The translations under genes and the position numbers were made by a program. Below are positions 10,067 to 18,393 of a stretch of DNA of 64,000 nucleotides, piece after piece. Each line of letters begins with the position of its first letter. Position 1 is the first letter of the stretch. Under the pieces are notes generated by a model that searched no databases, was not told the origin of the DNA, and was given only the letters and a program-made list of their open reading frames with translations. Source of the stretch: Promethearchaeota archaeon (GTDB lineage Archaea > Asgardarchaeota > Lokiarchaeia > Sigyniarchaeales > SOKP01); the NCBI GenBank assembly GCA_048939995.1, contig JBHLOY010000009.1, positions 21,456 to 85,455 of the forward strand, in the 5' to 3' direction.

Positions 10067-11326
10067 TCATATGTTATTCTTTATATTTCTTGAGAGATAA
10101 ATTATAGGGATTAAAAGACCAATTCCAAAAATTATAATGAATCCAAAAATTGCATAGAGATTTAGTTCTGCAATATATCCCGCAGCAATAGGTAACAATC
10201 CAAACCCTAATCCTTTTAATACCTCATTTATAGTTGAATATTTACCCTTATTTTGCTCAGCACCATAGTCGATCATAATTTTTAATGAAACTCCTTGAAT
10301 AAGACCCACATATAAACCGGTAGTGGCACTTATTATCGAAATAAAAAATAAATCATGAAATAAAATAATTAGTAGAGCGCTTAAAATCACCAAAGTAAGA
10401 CTAATAAGTACAGATATCTTTCTTGTATGGATTTTCATATAATTAGTCCAAGTCAAACCAACTAACTGCCCTATTTGCACTGCAAGTTGAATTAAATAAG
10501 CATAATAGGAGGGCCCTCCAAAAGCTTTAAGAAAAATAGGGTAATTAAATCGAAAGAGAGATTTTGCCATAGTATACCCGATTAATGCCAACCAAGAAAA
10601 TAAGATAGGAAAAACAATCATCTTATTATTTGATTTTTGTCCTAATTTATCTTCTGAATTTATGAAAATAGTAGCATTTTGGTCTGAGGATTTTAAATCT
10701 GTGTCTTTTTTAATGAAAAAGGCAAATGGTATTAAAAAAAAAGAAAGCATCCATGCTAAAAACATTGTAAAATATTCATTTAATGAAAAAGCCCAGAAAT
10801 ATCCGAAGAGAAGTCCAGTAATAAACCCAATATTCCATGAGAAGTTAAAAGTTCTAAAATTTTTCGTAGATTTTTTTTCATTACTTACACTTTGCCATTT
10901 ACTTAATAGATTATAGCAATTAGGCCAATATATTCCCAATTGAATACCGCTTATGATACGTATAAATATTAAATAAATTGGATCAAAGTAAATCATCTGA
11001 GTCACTAATATAACAGGGGTAGTAATACAAGATAAGATAATAGAATTTCGCACACCAAACTTATAGGTAATTAATTGACCAACAATCGGTCCAAGAATGT
11101 AAGCAACTGCAGGAGCGGAATTAATATACCCGAAAATACTTTCACTTACATTCTGATAAAAATAAATATAGTTTAGAAAAGCTCGTTCAAAAATTGAAAT
11201 TGAAAATAATCTTATAAAGGAAAGAAGAAATATTGGCCATGCGCGATAAGAAATGATAGCATTACATTCAGTAGCAGGTGTTTTAAATGGAATTGGTGGA
11301 GAAAATTCTGACAAATCCCGAATCAA
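10067..11326 (-). CDS. MFS-like transporter (12-TM type)
   Basis: Polytopic with two 6-TM halves separated by a cytoplasmic loop. Its TTG start overlaps the TGA stop of the upstream lyase gene (TTGA). Confidence 0.6.
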   Translation of the reverse strand: MIRDLSEFSPPIPFKTPATECNAIISYRAWPIFLLSFIRLFSISIFERAFLNYIYFYQNVSESIFGYINSAPAVAYILGPIVGQLITYKFGVRNSIILSCITTPVILVTQMIYFDPIYLIFIRIISGIQLGIYWPNCYNLLSKWQSVSNEKKSTKNFRTFNFSWNIGFITGLLFGYFWAFSLNEYFTMFLAWMLSFFLIPFAFFIKKDTDLKSSDQNATIFINSEDKLGQKSNNKMIVFPILFSWLALIGYTMAKSLFRFNYPIFLKAFGGPSYYAYLIQLAVQIGQLVGLTWTNYMKIHTRKISVLISLTLVILSALLIILFHDLFFISIISATTGLYVGLIQGVSLKIMIDYGAEQNKGKYSTINEVLKGLGFGLLPIAAGYIAELNLYAIFGFIIIFGIGLLIPIIYLSRNIKNNI

Positions 11327-12660
11327 CTGATTTTATATTGAGTTTTTAAGAAATTAATAATGAAATTTTTGACTCTACTACGATCAGGTAAACTTGCAAT
11401 CATCCCATACATAGCGGCTTCACCATCAGAAACCTTCTCTGGATGTTTACGGACCGCTTCAATTGCATCTTTAAGGTCATTTAAAAATTCATCAATAACG
11501 TCTGCATGATGTGGATTAACCATCATATGGAGAGCAGAAGGAAATTGGATTCTATCTAAATGCCACCCTCTTTTATCTAATTCGTCTCCTAACTGAAAGA
11601 TAGAAATTATATCAGAAGTAAAAGAAAACACGCTCATTACAGGTTCTGCGATAACATAGAGTTCAGGTATGCGATTAATGCCTTCAATTAATTTTTTAGT
11701 CGCATCCATTACAATATTAGCTAATTTTAAATAACCATCCATCCCTAAAGATCTCATAGCGACCCAGGCTGCCGCAATTGCACCTCCAGGCCGTGTTCCA
11801 CGCATGGTAGTAGATATATATACTCCCCCTGACCAGTCAGTATACACAGAAAATTGATGTTTCCAATATTTATCATTGCGATATAATATAGCGGATGCAC
11901 CTTTAGCTCCATATCCATATTTATGAATATCAGCAGATATAGAAGTAACACCAAGTACTGAAAAATCAAAATCTGGTACATTGTAGCCAAGTCTTTTAAC
12001 AAAAGGCAACATGAAACCTCCAAGGCAACTATCAACATGCATACCAATACCTTTACTCTGAGCCAGAGTAGCCAATTCTGAGATTGGATCGACAACGCCT
12101 CGCGGAAAATCGCATGCTGAACCAACTATTAGAATAGTGTTTTCATTTAATGCTTTTTCCATAGCTTCTACATCTGCTCGGTGAGTATCTTTATCTACTG
12201 GAATTATTATAGCCTTTACATCAAAATAATCTGCGCCTTTATAAAATGCTGGATGTGCTGAGCTAGGTAATAACATTTCTGGATATTTAATCTCAGGAAA
12301 TTTTTCCCTTGCCCAATCTCTATAAGTTTTGACTGCCATTAGAATACTCTCAGTCCCTCCTGAGGTCAGGCTCCCACAACACCTTTTATCTCCATTAAAT
12401 AAATCCACAGTCATTGAAACTACTTCAGTTTCAAATTTTTTTAAACTTGGAAAAGCTAATGGGCTCAATGCATTTTTCTCGAAAAATAATTGATAACTCC
12501 TTTTAAGTAATTCTGTATGTTCATCTGAAGCATGATATACTAAGCTCCAAACCTTTCCTTCTTTCCAATCTACATCATCTTTCGCAATGGCATTCATTTC
12601 ATCTATTAGTTTGTTACCAGCTATACCATTTTCAGGTAAGACTATTTTTGGTCTAACCAT
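11323..12660 (-). CDS. Sphingosine-1-phosphate lyase family PLP-dependent enzyme (SGPL1/Dpl1-like, soluble form)
   Basis: It aligns by eye along nearly its full length to eukaryotic SGPL1 as I recall that sequence: 'TSGGTESILMAVKTYRDWA', 'HVDSCLGGFMLPF', the PLP-lysine motif 'SISADIHKYGYGAKG' and 'TDWSGGVY.S.TM.GTRPGG'. No N-terminal TM anchor. Confidence 0.85.
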   Translation of the reverse strand: MVRPKIVLPENGIAGNKLIDEMNAIAKDDVDWKEGKVWSLVYHASDEHTELLKRSYQLFFEKNALSPLAFPSLKKFETEVVSMTVDLFNGDKRCCGSLTSGGTESILMAVKTYRDWAREKFPEIKYPEMLLPSSAHPAFYKGADYFDVKAIIIPVDKDTHRADVEAMEKALNENTILIVGSACDFPRGVVDPISELATLAQSKGIGMHVDSCLGGFMLPFVKRLGYNVPDFDFSVLGVTSISADIHKYGYGAKGASAILYRNDKYWKHQFSVYTDWSGGVYISTTMRGTRPGGAIAAAWVAMRSLGMDGYLKLANIVMDATKKLIEGINRIPELYVIAEPVMSVFSFTSDIISIFQLGDELDKRGWHLDRIQFPSALHMMVNPHHADVIDEFLNDLKDAIEAVRKHPEKVSDGEAAMYGMIASLPDRSRVKNFIINFLKTQYKIS

Positions 12661-12861
12661 TTCGATTCAAAACCTTTTTAATTTTTTGATAGTATTTATT
12701 TTTTTATTATTATTAATAAGAATTCAATGTTTCCTTTTGACAAAATTATCTATATATTGATTCTTAAATTAAACTTCTATTGAACATCATTAGTTTAAAC
12801 TACTTAAGATTTAAATCAATTATATATACAAAAGAAAGATTATAGGTACTCTATAGAAAGA

Positions 12862-13785
12862 GTGATGAATATAAAGAAATTAATTGATAACATTTATAGT
12901 ATTAATCCTTCTAGCGGTCCCCTTTTTGATAGCTCAAAATATTTAATTAACACGAGAGGTGTTGAAGGCCTAGTTTTGATTGATCCTGGTCTTTATATAG
13001 AATTTCTTAAAGAGATCAAAGAAGAGGGCTTTTCTTCTAAGAATATTAACCATTGCTTAATAACACATGGCCATATAGATCATTTTGGTGCATGTTACAA
13101 ACTTCAAGAGCTTAATCAAAAAATTAAGTTCTATGCACATGAATTGGATGCGAACAGTATTGAACTAAAAAATGTGGAAGAAATGAAGGCTAGTTATCCT
13201 GGATATGATTATACTCCAATTAAATTAACGAAGAAGATTAAAATTCAAAATGAAATATTAACCTTTGGGGATTATTCATTTGAATGTATTCATACACCGG
13301 GGCATTCACCAGGGGCAGTAGCATATCTTTTAGAGATAGATAAATCCAAGATTTTATTTGCTGGAGATATCGCGGGACTTAGTTTAAAAATTTATGGTGG
13401 TGACTTTAATGATTATTCTGACTCTATGAAGAGATTGGAAGAATTAGAAGTTAATATATTATGTGATGGTCATTCAGGTCCCATTAAACCAGCTAAAAAA
13501 GTTTCAGAGTATATAAAGGGGTATCTAAAATTAAATGAGCTTATTCACCTCACAATAGAAGAAGAGGTAACTGATATTAAAATTTGGAATGAACTTGCCT
13601 TCGTATTATTTGAATTGAAGGAATATCCTCTCGCATTAGATTTCTGTAATTATATATTAGAGATTGACCCTAATAATAATGATATGAAGCAACTATTACC
13701 AAAAATTAAAGAGTTTGATTTCCCAAAAATTGATTTCATTAAACCGTTGCTTAAAAAAATTTCATCAGCTAAAAGTAAAAATTAA
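12862..13785 (+). CDS. MBL-fold metallo-hydrolase with C-terminal TPR-like helical region
   Basis: 'THGHIDHFG' (HxHxDH), a downstream 'HTPGHSPG' and 'DGHSGP'. The C-terminal 'ALDFCNYILEIDPNNND' is TPR-like. Confidence 0.8.
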   Translation: MMNIKKLIDNIYSINPSSGPLFDSSKYLINTRGVEGLVLIDPGLYIEFLKEIKEEGFSSKNINHCLITHGHIDHFGACYKLQELNQKIKFYAHELDANSIELKNVEEMKASYPGYDYTPIKLTKKIKIQNEILTFGDYSFECIHTPGHSPGAVAYLLEIDKSKILFAGDIAGLSLKIYGGDFNDYSDSMKRLEELEVNILCDGHSGPIKPAKKVSEYIKGYLKLNELIHLTIEEEVTDIKIWNELAFVLFELKEYPLALDFCNYILEIDPNNNDMKQLLPKIKEFDFPKIDFIKPLLKKISSAKSKN

Positions 13786-13893
13786 GATAGCTCCTCAATT
13801 CCTCAAATTGCAGAAAAATATAAAGAATTAAAAAGAAAGTATTTCTTAGGGTAATTAGGGTAAATTACTAGATTTTTAACAATTTTTAAGAGT

Positions 13894-14274
13894 ATGTCTG
13901 AAGAAGAACTTAGAGACCAGATAAATAAAATAGCAAATAAGATTATGGTAGTAGAAGAAGGAGCAAAGAAAAAAGAAATATACGTTTTAAACAAGATTAA
14001 TGAAGAATTTGATGCCAAGATAGGTGAAGTTAAAGGAAATCTAAAAAGTAATCAAGATAAATTAAAACAGTTAAATGAAACTGTTGAAAAATTAATTTTA
14101 GAACAAAAGAGACTAAAAAAAGTAGTAAAAGATTTAGAAAAACACGATAAAGAATTAGGGAAAGAGAAAGAAAAAGCTTTAAATCAAAAATTAAAATCCA
14201 TTTCTAGCGAAAAGAACTCTCGGATGAAAGAAATTAATCGGGAAATCCAGATTCTGGAAAAAAAATTAAAGTAA
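13894..14274 (+). CDS. Lys/Glu-rich coiled-coil protein
   Basis: 126 aa, almost entirely heptad-like charged helix. No recognisable family. Confidence 0.5.
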   Translation: MSEEELRDQINKIANKIMVVEEGAKKKEIYVLNKINEEFDAKIGEVKGNLKSNQDKLKQLNETVEKLILEQKRLKKVVKDLEKHDKELGKEKEKALNQKLKSISSEKNSRMKEINREIQILEKKLK

Positions 14275-14928
14275 AGACTCTATCCTCTCCTCATTTAAAA
14301 AAAATAGAATGGAACGAGAATGCTTTTCTTTATTTATTACTTCAATATTTTTAAGTACTTTTAGATACTTACTCACGGTATTTATGTGCATATTTAAATC
14401 GGTAGAAATTCGAGTTTTAGAGACTCCTATATTATTTTCTTTCAAATAATTAATTATTTTCTGGCTATTTGCTTTATAAATATAATAGAGTTGATGAACC
14501 TTTTGCTTATTGATATCTGGCGTGTAATAGATCTCTCGGTTTTCAATTTTTTCTTTTTTAATATATCCAAATTTTTGGAGAATATTGAGGTGCCAGACAA
14601 CAACATGGCTACTAATTTTCAATTTTGATACAATTCTATTAAAATGAGTTCCTGGATAATTTAGTATGAATTTATGGATTTTTCTACGTTTATTATTATT
14701 TAAGATATCATCATGAGTTAATTTTGAGGCTTTTACAATGAGTTTTTTTTCTTGTAGTGATTTGAGGATTAATTGAATCCCATAAGTGGTCAATCTTTTT
14801 GACTTCTCTCTTAAACGTGATTGGATAATAGGGACAATTTTATCCATATCTAAGACTCTATTTTTATTTAAGTAATCCTGAATTATTCCTAACACGGCTT
14901 TTTCTAATCCAGCTAACTGTTCCGTCAT
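14266..14928 (-). CDS. Multi-winged-helix transcriptional regulator (ArsR/TrmB-like wHTH units)
   Basis: Three wHTH-like segments, for example 'RRKIHKFILNYPGTHFNRIVSKLKISSHVVVWHLNILQKFGYIKKE' and 'ISTDLNMHINTVSKYLKVLKNIEVI'. Confidence 0.7.
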   Translation of the reverse strand: MTEQLAGLEKAVLGIIQDYLNKNRVLDMDKIVPIIQSRLREKSKRLTTYGIQLILKSLQEKKLIVKASKLTHDDILNNNKRRKIHKFILNYPGTHFNRIVSKLKISSHVVVWHLNILQKFGYIKKEKIENREIYYTPDINKQKVHQLYYIYKANSQKIINYLKENNIGVSKTRISTDLNMHINTVSKYLKVLKNIEVINKEKHSRSILFFLNEERIESLL

Positions 14929-14958
14929 TTTAGAATTGAATCCTTATTTTATAAACAA

Positions 14959-16200
14959 TTAATAACCGTTATTTGACTGGTTTTTGTCCTGCATTTCATT
15001 TATTATTTTATTGCGTTCCTTTGGGGTTAATGATGACATTTCTCTGATAAACTCTTCTTTTTCATTAGGGTCCCATTCAAATTTTTCAATGATGGTATAA
15101 AAGTCTTCTGTAAATGCGGTAATCTCGACTTTTTTTACTTCAGACTTTTTTTCAGTGCTTTTTCTTTTCGAATAAGCGTTCTTCTTGGAGTAAAAGAAAT
15201 AAATAGGAACCACGATACTAACACTAATCGCTCCAATAATTAAGAATACATTTAACAAATACCAAGGGAATTGATCAATATAAAAGATAAATATTCCTTC
15301 TAAACCAATTTTCGGATCATGTGAAATATCTGCTCCATGAGGGTATATTAAATATATTTTTTGATAATCATTATCATAATCATCCATTCCAAGATTAGTT
15401 GCATTTACAGCTTTTAAAAGTCCATCAACTAGTACATTTTGATTCCAAGAGAATATTCCGATGAATGAGTTATTAAGGGTTGAGACTGCTTTTTCATTAA
15501 AGGCATATCCAAATTCTTCATCTTCCGTTTCCTCAATTTCATCATAATTTGTTTCTGACTCTAGGCTAATATATAATGCTAGTTTTGATAAAGTATTATT
15601 AAAGGGAAAGTTGATATCAAAATCAATCTTTGGTTTAGTTGGAATCATCAATGCATCATCTCTTATAACAAATTCTTCTGGAATATAAAGATGCATGGTA
15701 AAAATACTGTCACTTGAGTTAATGATGAAATGATGCACAGAGGTTTGAGCTGTGATAACCTCTTGTTGATATTCTGCCGGATCGAAGCTGTCTAATTCGA
15801 TTTCTTGTATGTTATTATCAATGGTTGGATCAAATATACCATTATCGTTAATATCTACAAATTCAATAAGTTTTCTAATAATAACACTAAACTCTATTTC
15901 AAATTCAGCTTCGCTCTCACTAGTATATTCCGATTCGTAGCTCACCTCAAATCTTATTCCTTCACTATTATATCTCACTCTTAATTCTATTTCATCTCTT
16001 TTTGTTCCCTGTCTTAACAGAGATTGGACTTCAATTTCATTAGAAGAAAGTGTAATGTCAGTATCTCTCAGATTTAACTCTTCAAAATCGTCATCAACGT
16101 GATCGTCATCATCGTCAGAACCTAATACCGAATTTGAATTAAGCATTAAAGTAAACACGAATAATAATATAATTCCCGCTATTAGATTCTTTTTTTTCAT
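14959..16200 (-). CDS. Acidic secreted, C-terminally TM-anchored protein with cytoplasmic tail (tandem paralog A)
   Basis: Signal peptide, an Asp run (SDDDDDHVDDD), a conserved core shared with 16277..17299, a 'DINDNGIFD' Ca-loop-like motif, a TM helix near residue 320 and a charged tail of about 70 aa. Confidence 0.7.
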   Translation of the reverse strand: MKKKNLIAGIILLFVFTLMLNSNSVLGSDDDDDHVDDDFEELNLRDTDITLSSNEIEVQSLLRQGTKRDEIELRVRYNSEGIRFEVSYESEYTSESEAEFEIEFSVIIRKLIEFVDINDNGIFDPTIDNNIQEIELDSFDPAEYQQEVITAQTSVHHFIINSSDSIFTMHLYIPEEFVIRDDALMIPTKPKIDFDINFPFNNTLSKLALYISLESETNYDEIEETEDEEFGYAFNEKAVSTLNNSFIGIFSWNQNVLVDGLLKAVNATNLGMDDYDNDYQKIYLIYPHGADISHDPKIGLEGIFIFYIDQFPWYLLNVFLIIGAISVSIVVPIYFFYSKKNAYSKRKSTEKKSEVKKVEITAFTEDFYTIIEKFEWDPNEKEEFIREMSSLTPKERNKIINEMQDKNQSNNGY

Positions 16201-16276
16201 GGCTTTTTTAACAAATTATATTCAATTCTAAAATATATTAAAATTTTGATTAAAATTTAAAAAAAAAATTGAAAAA

Positions 16277-17299
16277 TTATTTTATTCTTCGCTTTCTATA
16301 GATAAGGATACTACTAGCACTAATAACTGCAACAACACCTATTATAACCCCGATCAACACAAATGGTAACCAATCAGTTCCAGCCTGTATAGAATAAATA
16401 CTCATTGTTGGGTCATGGTAAATATAATCTCCCCTAGGATAATTAAGGTAAAATTTCTGCTCACTTTCATCATCATCATCAGTTTCTATTTCACTTGCTA
16501 AAACTTGTTTCGAAATTCCATCAATGGTTGCATTTTCCTTCCAAGTAAAAGCCCCTATAAAATTATTTAGTTCAGTTTTTACACCTGATTCATTGGATGT
16601 ATATCCATCTTTCTCATCCTCAGTTTCTTCCTGGTATTCATATTCACTACTTGAACTAAGTTTAACATATAGAGCTAATTGTGAGTTTCCATTAAGATAG
16701 TTGAAATTATTTATCTCAATGTCAATTTTCAAAGAGGTTGGTGCGATAAAGGTTCCGTTTACTATTGCAAATTCTTCAACAACGTATAAGTGAGCTGCAA
16801 AAGTACCATCAGTACTATTTATAAATATATAGTGTAAGGTTGTATCGGTAGATATATTAGATGAAGTGTAAACTGCTGGTTTGAAACTATCTAAAGGAAT
16901 TTCTTGAATTGTGGTATCAATTAAAGGCTCATAAATACCATTACTATTTAGATCAACAAATTCGATTAATTCTCGAAAGTTTGCTTCAAATTCGATTTCA
17001 AATTCTGTTTCATTCTCAGCTATGTATTCAGACTCATAGCTAACTTTAATATCAACGCCATTATTATCGTATTTAACATTTAATTCAATTTGATCAATTG
17101 GACCCTCGCGTAATAACGATTCTACCTTAATTTCATCTGATAAAAGCTCGACTTCAATGTGACGTTTAGTTGATTCTTCATAGTCATCATCAATTCCATC
17201 ACTGTCTTCATCTGTGGAGGCTGTGACATTTAATGAAGAACTAAAAGCTACTAATGAAAGTATCATTATCAATAAGAACCCATAATTCCTTATTTTCAT
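16277..17299 (-). CDS. Acidic secreted, C-terminally TM-anchored protein (tandem paralog B)
   Basis: Signal peptide, 'DEDSDGIDDD', a core colinear with 14959..16200 (LLREGPIDQIELNVKYDNNGVDIKVSYESEY...EFVDLNSNGIYE), and a C-terminal TM plus a 'YRKRRIK' stop-transfer. Confidence 0.7.
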   Translation of the reverse strand: MKIRNYGFLLIMILSLVAFSSSLNVTASTDEDSDGIDDDYEESTKRHIEVELLSDEIKVESLLREGPIDQIELNVKYDNNGVDIKVSYESEYIAENETEFEIEFEANFRELIEFVDLNSNGIYEPLIDTTIQEIPLDSFKPAVYTSSNISTDTTLHYIFINSTDGTFAAHLYVVEEFAIVNGTFIAPTSLKIDIEINNFNYLNGNSQLALYVKLSSSSEYEYQEETEDEKDGYTSNESGVKTELNNFIGAFTWKENATIDGISKQVLASEIETDDDDESEQKFYLNYPRGDYIYHDPTMSIYSIQAGTDWLPFVLIGVIIGVVAVISASSILIYRKRRIK

Positions 17300-17681
17300 G
17301 TATATATCACTCCATAATGGTAACTAAAATTTTTGATTAGAATTATTATGTAATAGATTTTTTATCATCTATTTAAATCGATATTGCATGAAATTGAAGT
17401 AGTATTTTTCGTAATCATAGTTTTGATAAGATATTTATGCCAAACTTTAGATTAAGGTCTTTTTTATAACTTATACGAAGGAAGAGGATACATCCAGATA
17501 GGAAGGGCAAATGCCTCTTAATTATGAGAAAAAGAATTATAAAAGAAAAGGAATCTTCAAATTTATTAACATTAGGAAGACGAGCATGAAATAAAGAGTT
17601 AGTCTTTATTTTAGGAAAATATAAGCATTTATCTAGAAAAAAATAGATAATATTTATAATCATCAATAAAAGAGGAGAGAG

Positions 17682-17882
17682 ATGACTCAGCAATTTAAAG
17701 TTTAAACATATATATTAACCTTAAGGATTTCAAAAAAGGAATATCACCCATATGAGGTTGAGGAAATTATCAATAAACATCTTCAAGACGGTTGGAGAGT
17801 TGTAAATTGTTAATCAATTTATTTGGGAGGAGTTAATCCTGAAAATGGGATGCACTATACTGCATATCTCCATAAAGAATAA
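17682..17882 (+). pseudogene. Small DUF4177-like ORF interrupted by two in-frame TAA codons (pseudogene or recoded)
   Basis: A strong SD (AAAGAGGAGAGAG) lies directly before the ATG at 17682. A single frame reads MTQQFKV*TYILTLRISKKEYHPYEVEEIINKHLQDGWRVVNC*SIYLGGVNPENGMHYTAYLHKE*, with TAA at 17703 and 17811. An 11-T run follows at 17905. Confidence 0.35.
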
Positions 17883-17904
17883 ATCTAGTAATTAAATAAA
17901 AACG

Positions 17905-17915
17905 TTTTTTTTTTT
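17905..17915 (+). terminator. Oligo-T archaeal-type terminator
   Basis: Run of 11 T, 23 nt downstream of the final stop of the 17682..17882 unit. Confidence 0.35.
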
Positions 17916-18162
17916 ATTTATTTGGTTTATTAAGCTGGTATTAATTATACTATTTTTATTAAATCATTTACCGGATTGAATTATTATCTATTAAATATAA
18001 ATTCATACTTTTTTATGATTTTTCCATGGAAACATTTCTTTTCTGCTAAATCTTAGAGCTGTTAAAAGTTTATTCTTAAATAAAGAGAATAGATAAGAAC
18101 TAGGATTTCTAAGCTAAATGTTTATATTTAAGTTTTGTATATATTTTTTCATATTTTTACGA

Positions 18163-18170
18163 TTATATAA
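18163..18170 (+). promoter_or_regulatory. TATA-box-like element upstream of the Lys-rich peptide gene
   Basis: 'TTATATAA' about 38 nt upstream of the ATG at 18205. That spacing fits an archaeal TATA at about -26 plus a short SD-containing leader (GGGAAGG). AT-rich background makes this weak. Confidence 0.3.
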
Positions 18171-18204
18171 AAAAAGTAGTGAAACACAGGAAAAGGGAAG
18201 GATA

Positions 18205-18291
18205 ATGGCAAAAAAGAAAGCTCCTAAGAAAAAACCAGCACCTAAGAAAAAAGCAGCCCCCAAAAAGAAACCAGCTCCAAAAAAGAAATAA
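18205..18291 (+). CDS. 28-aa highly basic AKKKP-repeat peptide (histone-H1-tail-like composition)
   Basis: MAKKKAPKKKPAPKKKAAPKKKPAPKKK*. Differences between repeat units fall mainly on third codon positions of this frame (gct/gca/gcc, cct/ccc/cca, aag/aaa), which argues for the + frame. The minus-strand ORF 18114..18329 is its mirror artefact. Confidence 0.45.
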   Translation: MAKKKAPKKKPAPKKKAAPKKKPAPKKK

Positions 18292-18324
18292 ACTCCTAAA
18301 AAGAAAACCGCTGCTAAGAAATAA
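18220..18324 (+). repeat. Imperfect 18-bp tandem repeat (about 5.8 units) encoding (A/P)PKKK(P/A)
   Basis: Units start at 18220, 18238, 18256, 18274, 18292 and 18310. Periodicity and frame continue for 10 more codons past the TAA at 18289 to a second TAA at 18322. Confidence 0.8.
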
Positions 18325-18393
18325 TACATATGAAAGAATAACTATTATTTTTTTTTAACTTTAGTTTTTTAAAGCTTAACGATATAGCATATT

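Noticed and set aside
17415-17693. ORF-track minus-strand ORF of 92 aa in the long spacer.
   Set aside because: It has low-complexity AT-driven composition (Ile/Leu/Phe/Lys). I see no recognisable motif, SD or homology signal, and it overlaps the SD and ATG of the + strand unit at 17682. Probably spurious.
17682-18324. The idea that the in-frame TAA codons mean a genome-wide reassignment of TAA to a sense codon.
   Set aside because: Many well-supported genes in the window terminate at TAA exactly where their families' C-termini end, for example iorB, the two GTPases, pcm, PolX and the U32 peptidase. A global reassignment is therefore untenable. Only local decay or context-specific read-through remains possible.
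18114-18329. ORF-track minus-strand ORF of 71 aa (…FFLGAGFFLGAAFFLGAGFFLG…).
   Set aside because: It is the reverse-complement shadow of the 18-bp AKKKP repeat. Between-repeat differences fall on third positions of the + frame, and an ATG with a TATA-like element exists on the + strand. I therefore call the + strand peptide instead.
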